Shown one piece after another: positions 63,640 to 64,000 of a stretch of 64,000 nucleotides of DNA. How positions within the stretch are numbered: position 1 is the stretch's first letter; each line of letters starts with the position of its first letter. The notes under the pieces are model-generated. The model was not told the DNA's origin, made no database searches, and worked only from the letters and a program-made list of their open reading frames with translations. The position numbers and the translations under genes were made by a program. Location of the stretch: the NCBI RefSeq assembly GCF_004010195.1, contig NC_057736.1, positions 30,313,586 to 30,377,585 of the forward strand, read 5' to 3'. The DNA is from Chiloscyllium plagiosum (Eukaryota).

Positions 63640-63946
63640 ATTTTAGATTACTTACAGTGTGGAAACAGGCCCTTCGGCCCAACAAGTCCACACCGCCCCG
63701 CCGAAGTGCAATCCACCCATGCCCCTACATTTACCCCTTACCTAACACTACGGGCAATTTAGCATGGCCAATTCACCTGACCTGCACATCTTTGGACTGT
63801 GGGAGGAAACCGGAGCACCCGAAGGAAACCCACGCAGACACGGGGAGAATGTGCAAACTCCACACAGTCAGTCGCCTGAGGCGGGAATTGAACCCGGGTC
63901 TCTGGCGCTGTGAGGCAGCAGTGCTAACCACTGTGCCACCGTGCCA
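63640..63946 (-). mobile_element. HE1-like SINE nested in a CR1 3' fragment (63490-64000)
   Basis: Reverse complement of the 17990 and 55691 SINE. Confidence 0.9.
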
Positions 63947-64000
63947 CCAACAGTCACCACTTTCTCGGGAAGTTCAATCCACATGCGAATCACCCTCTGT

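Overview
Vertebrate (cartilaginous fish) genomic DNA. HE1-like tRNA SINEs, abundant CR1 LINEs and Penelope-derived elements suggest a shark, probably an orectolobiform bamboo shark (inference). The functional content is a + strand tandem cluster of interferon-stimulated ISG12/FAM14 (IFI27/IFI6) genes. Each copy has the same 162-nt phase-1 core exon, at 1946, 27783, 38686, 40531 and 58394. One copy can be reconstructed as a complete short IFI27-like gene (24467-28432). One is an IFI6-type gene (coding 51716-60004) with a hydrophobic leader, Ser-rich micro-exons and an acidic tail, and it lies downstream of a double-ISRE/TATA promoter at 42685-42756. One copy is divergent and has a TG instead of AG acceptor. 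Two near-identical partial copies form a 1845-bp tandem duplication against an N-gap, which may be an assembly artefact. The rest is mostly decayed mobile DNA: CR1/L2 LINEs, two endogenous retrovirus remnants with tRNA-Ser primer sites, Penelope elements with minimal hammerhead ribozyme motifs and fold-back structures, SINEs and a Gypsy integrase relic. Exon models were built by eye from splice sites and reading-frame phase and have no transcript support. No prokaryote-type novel system is evident.
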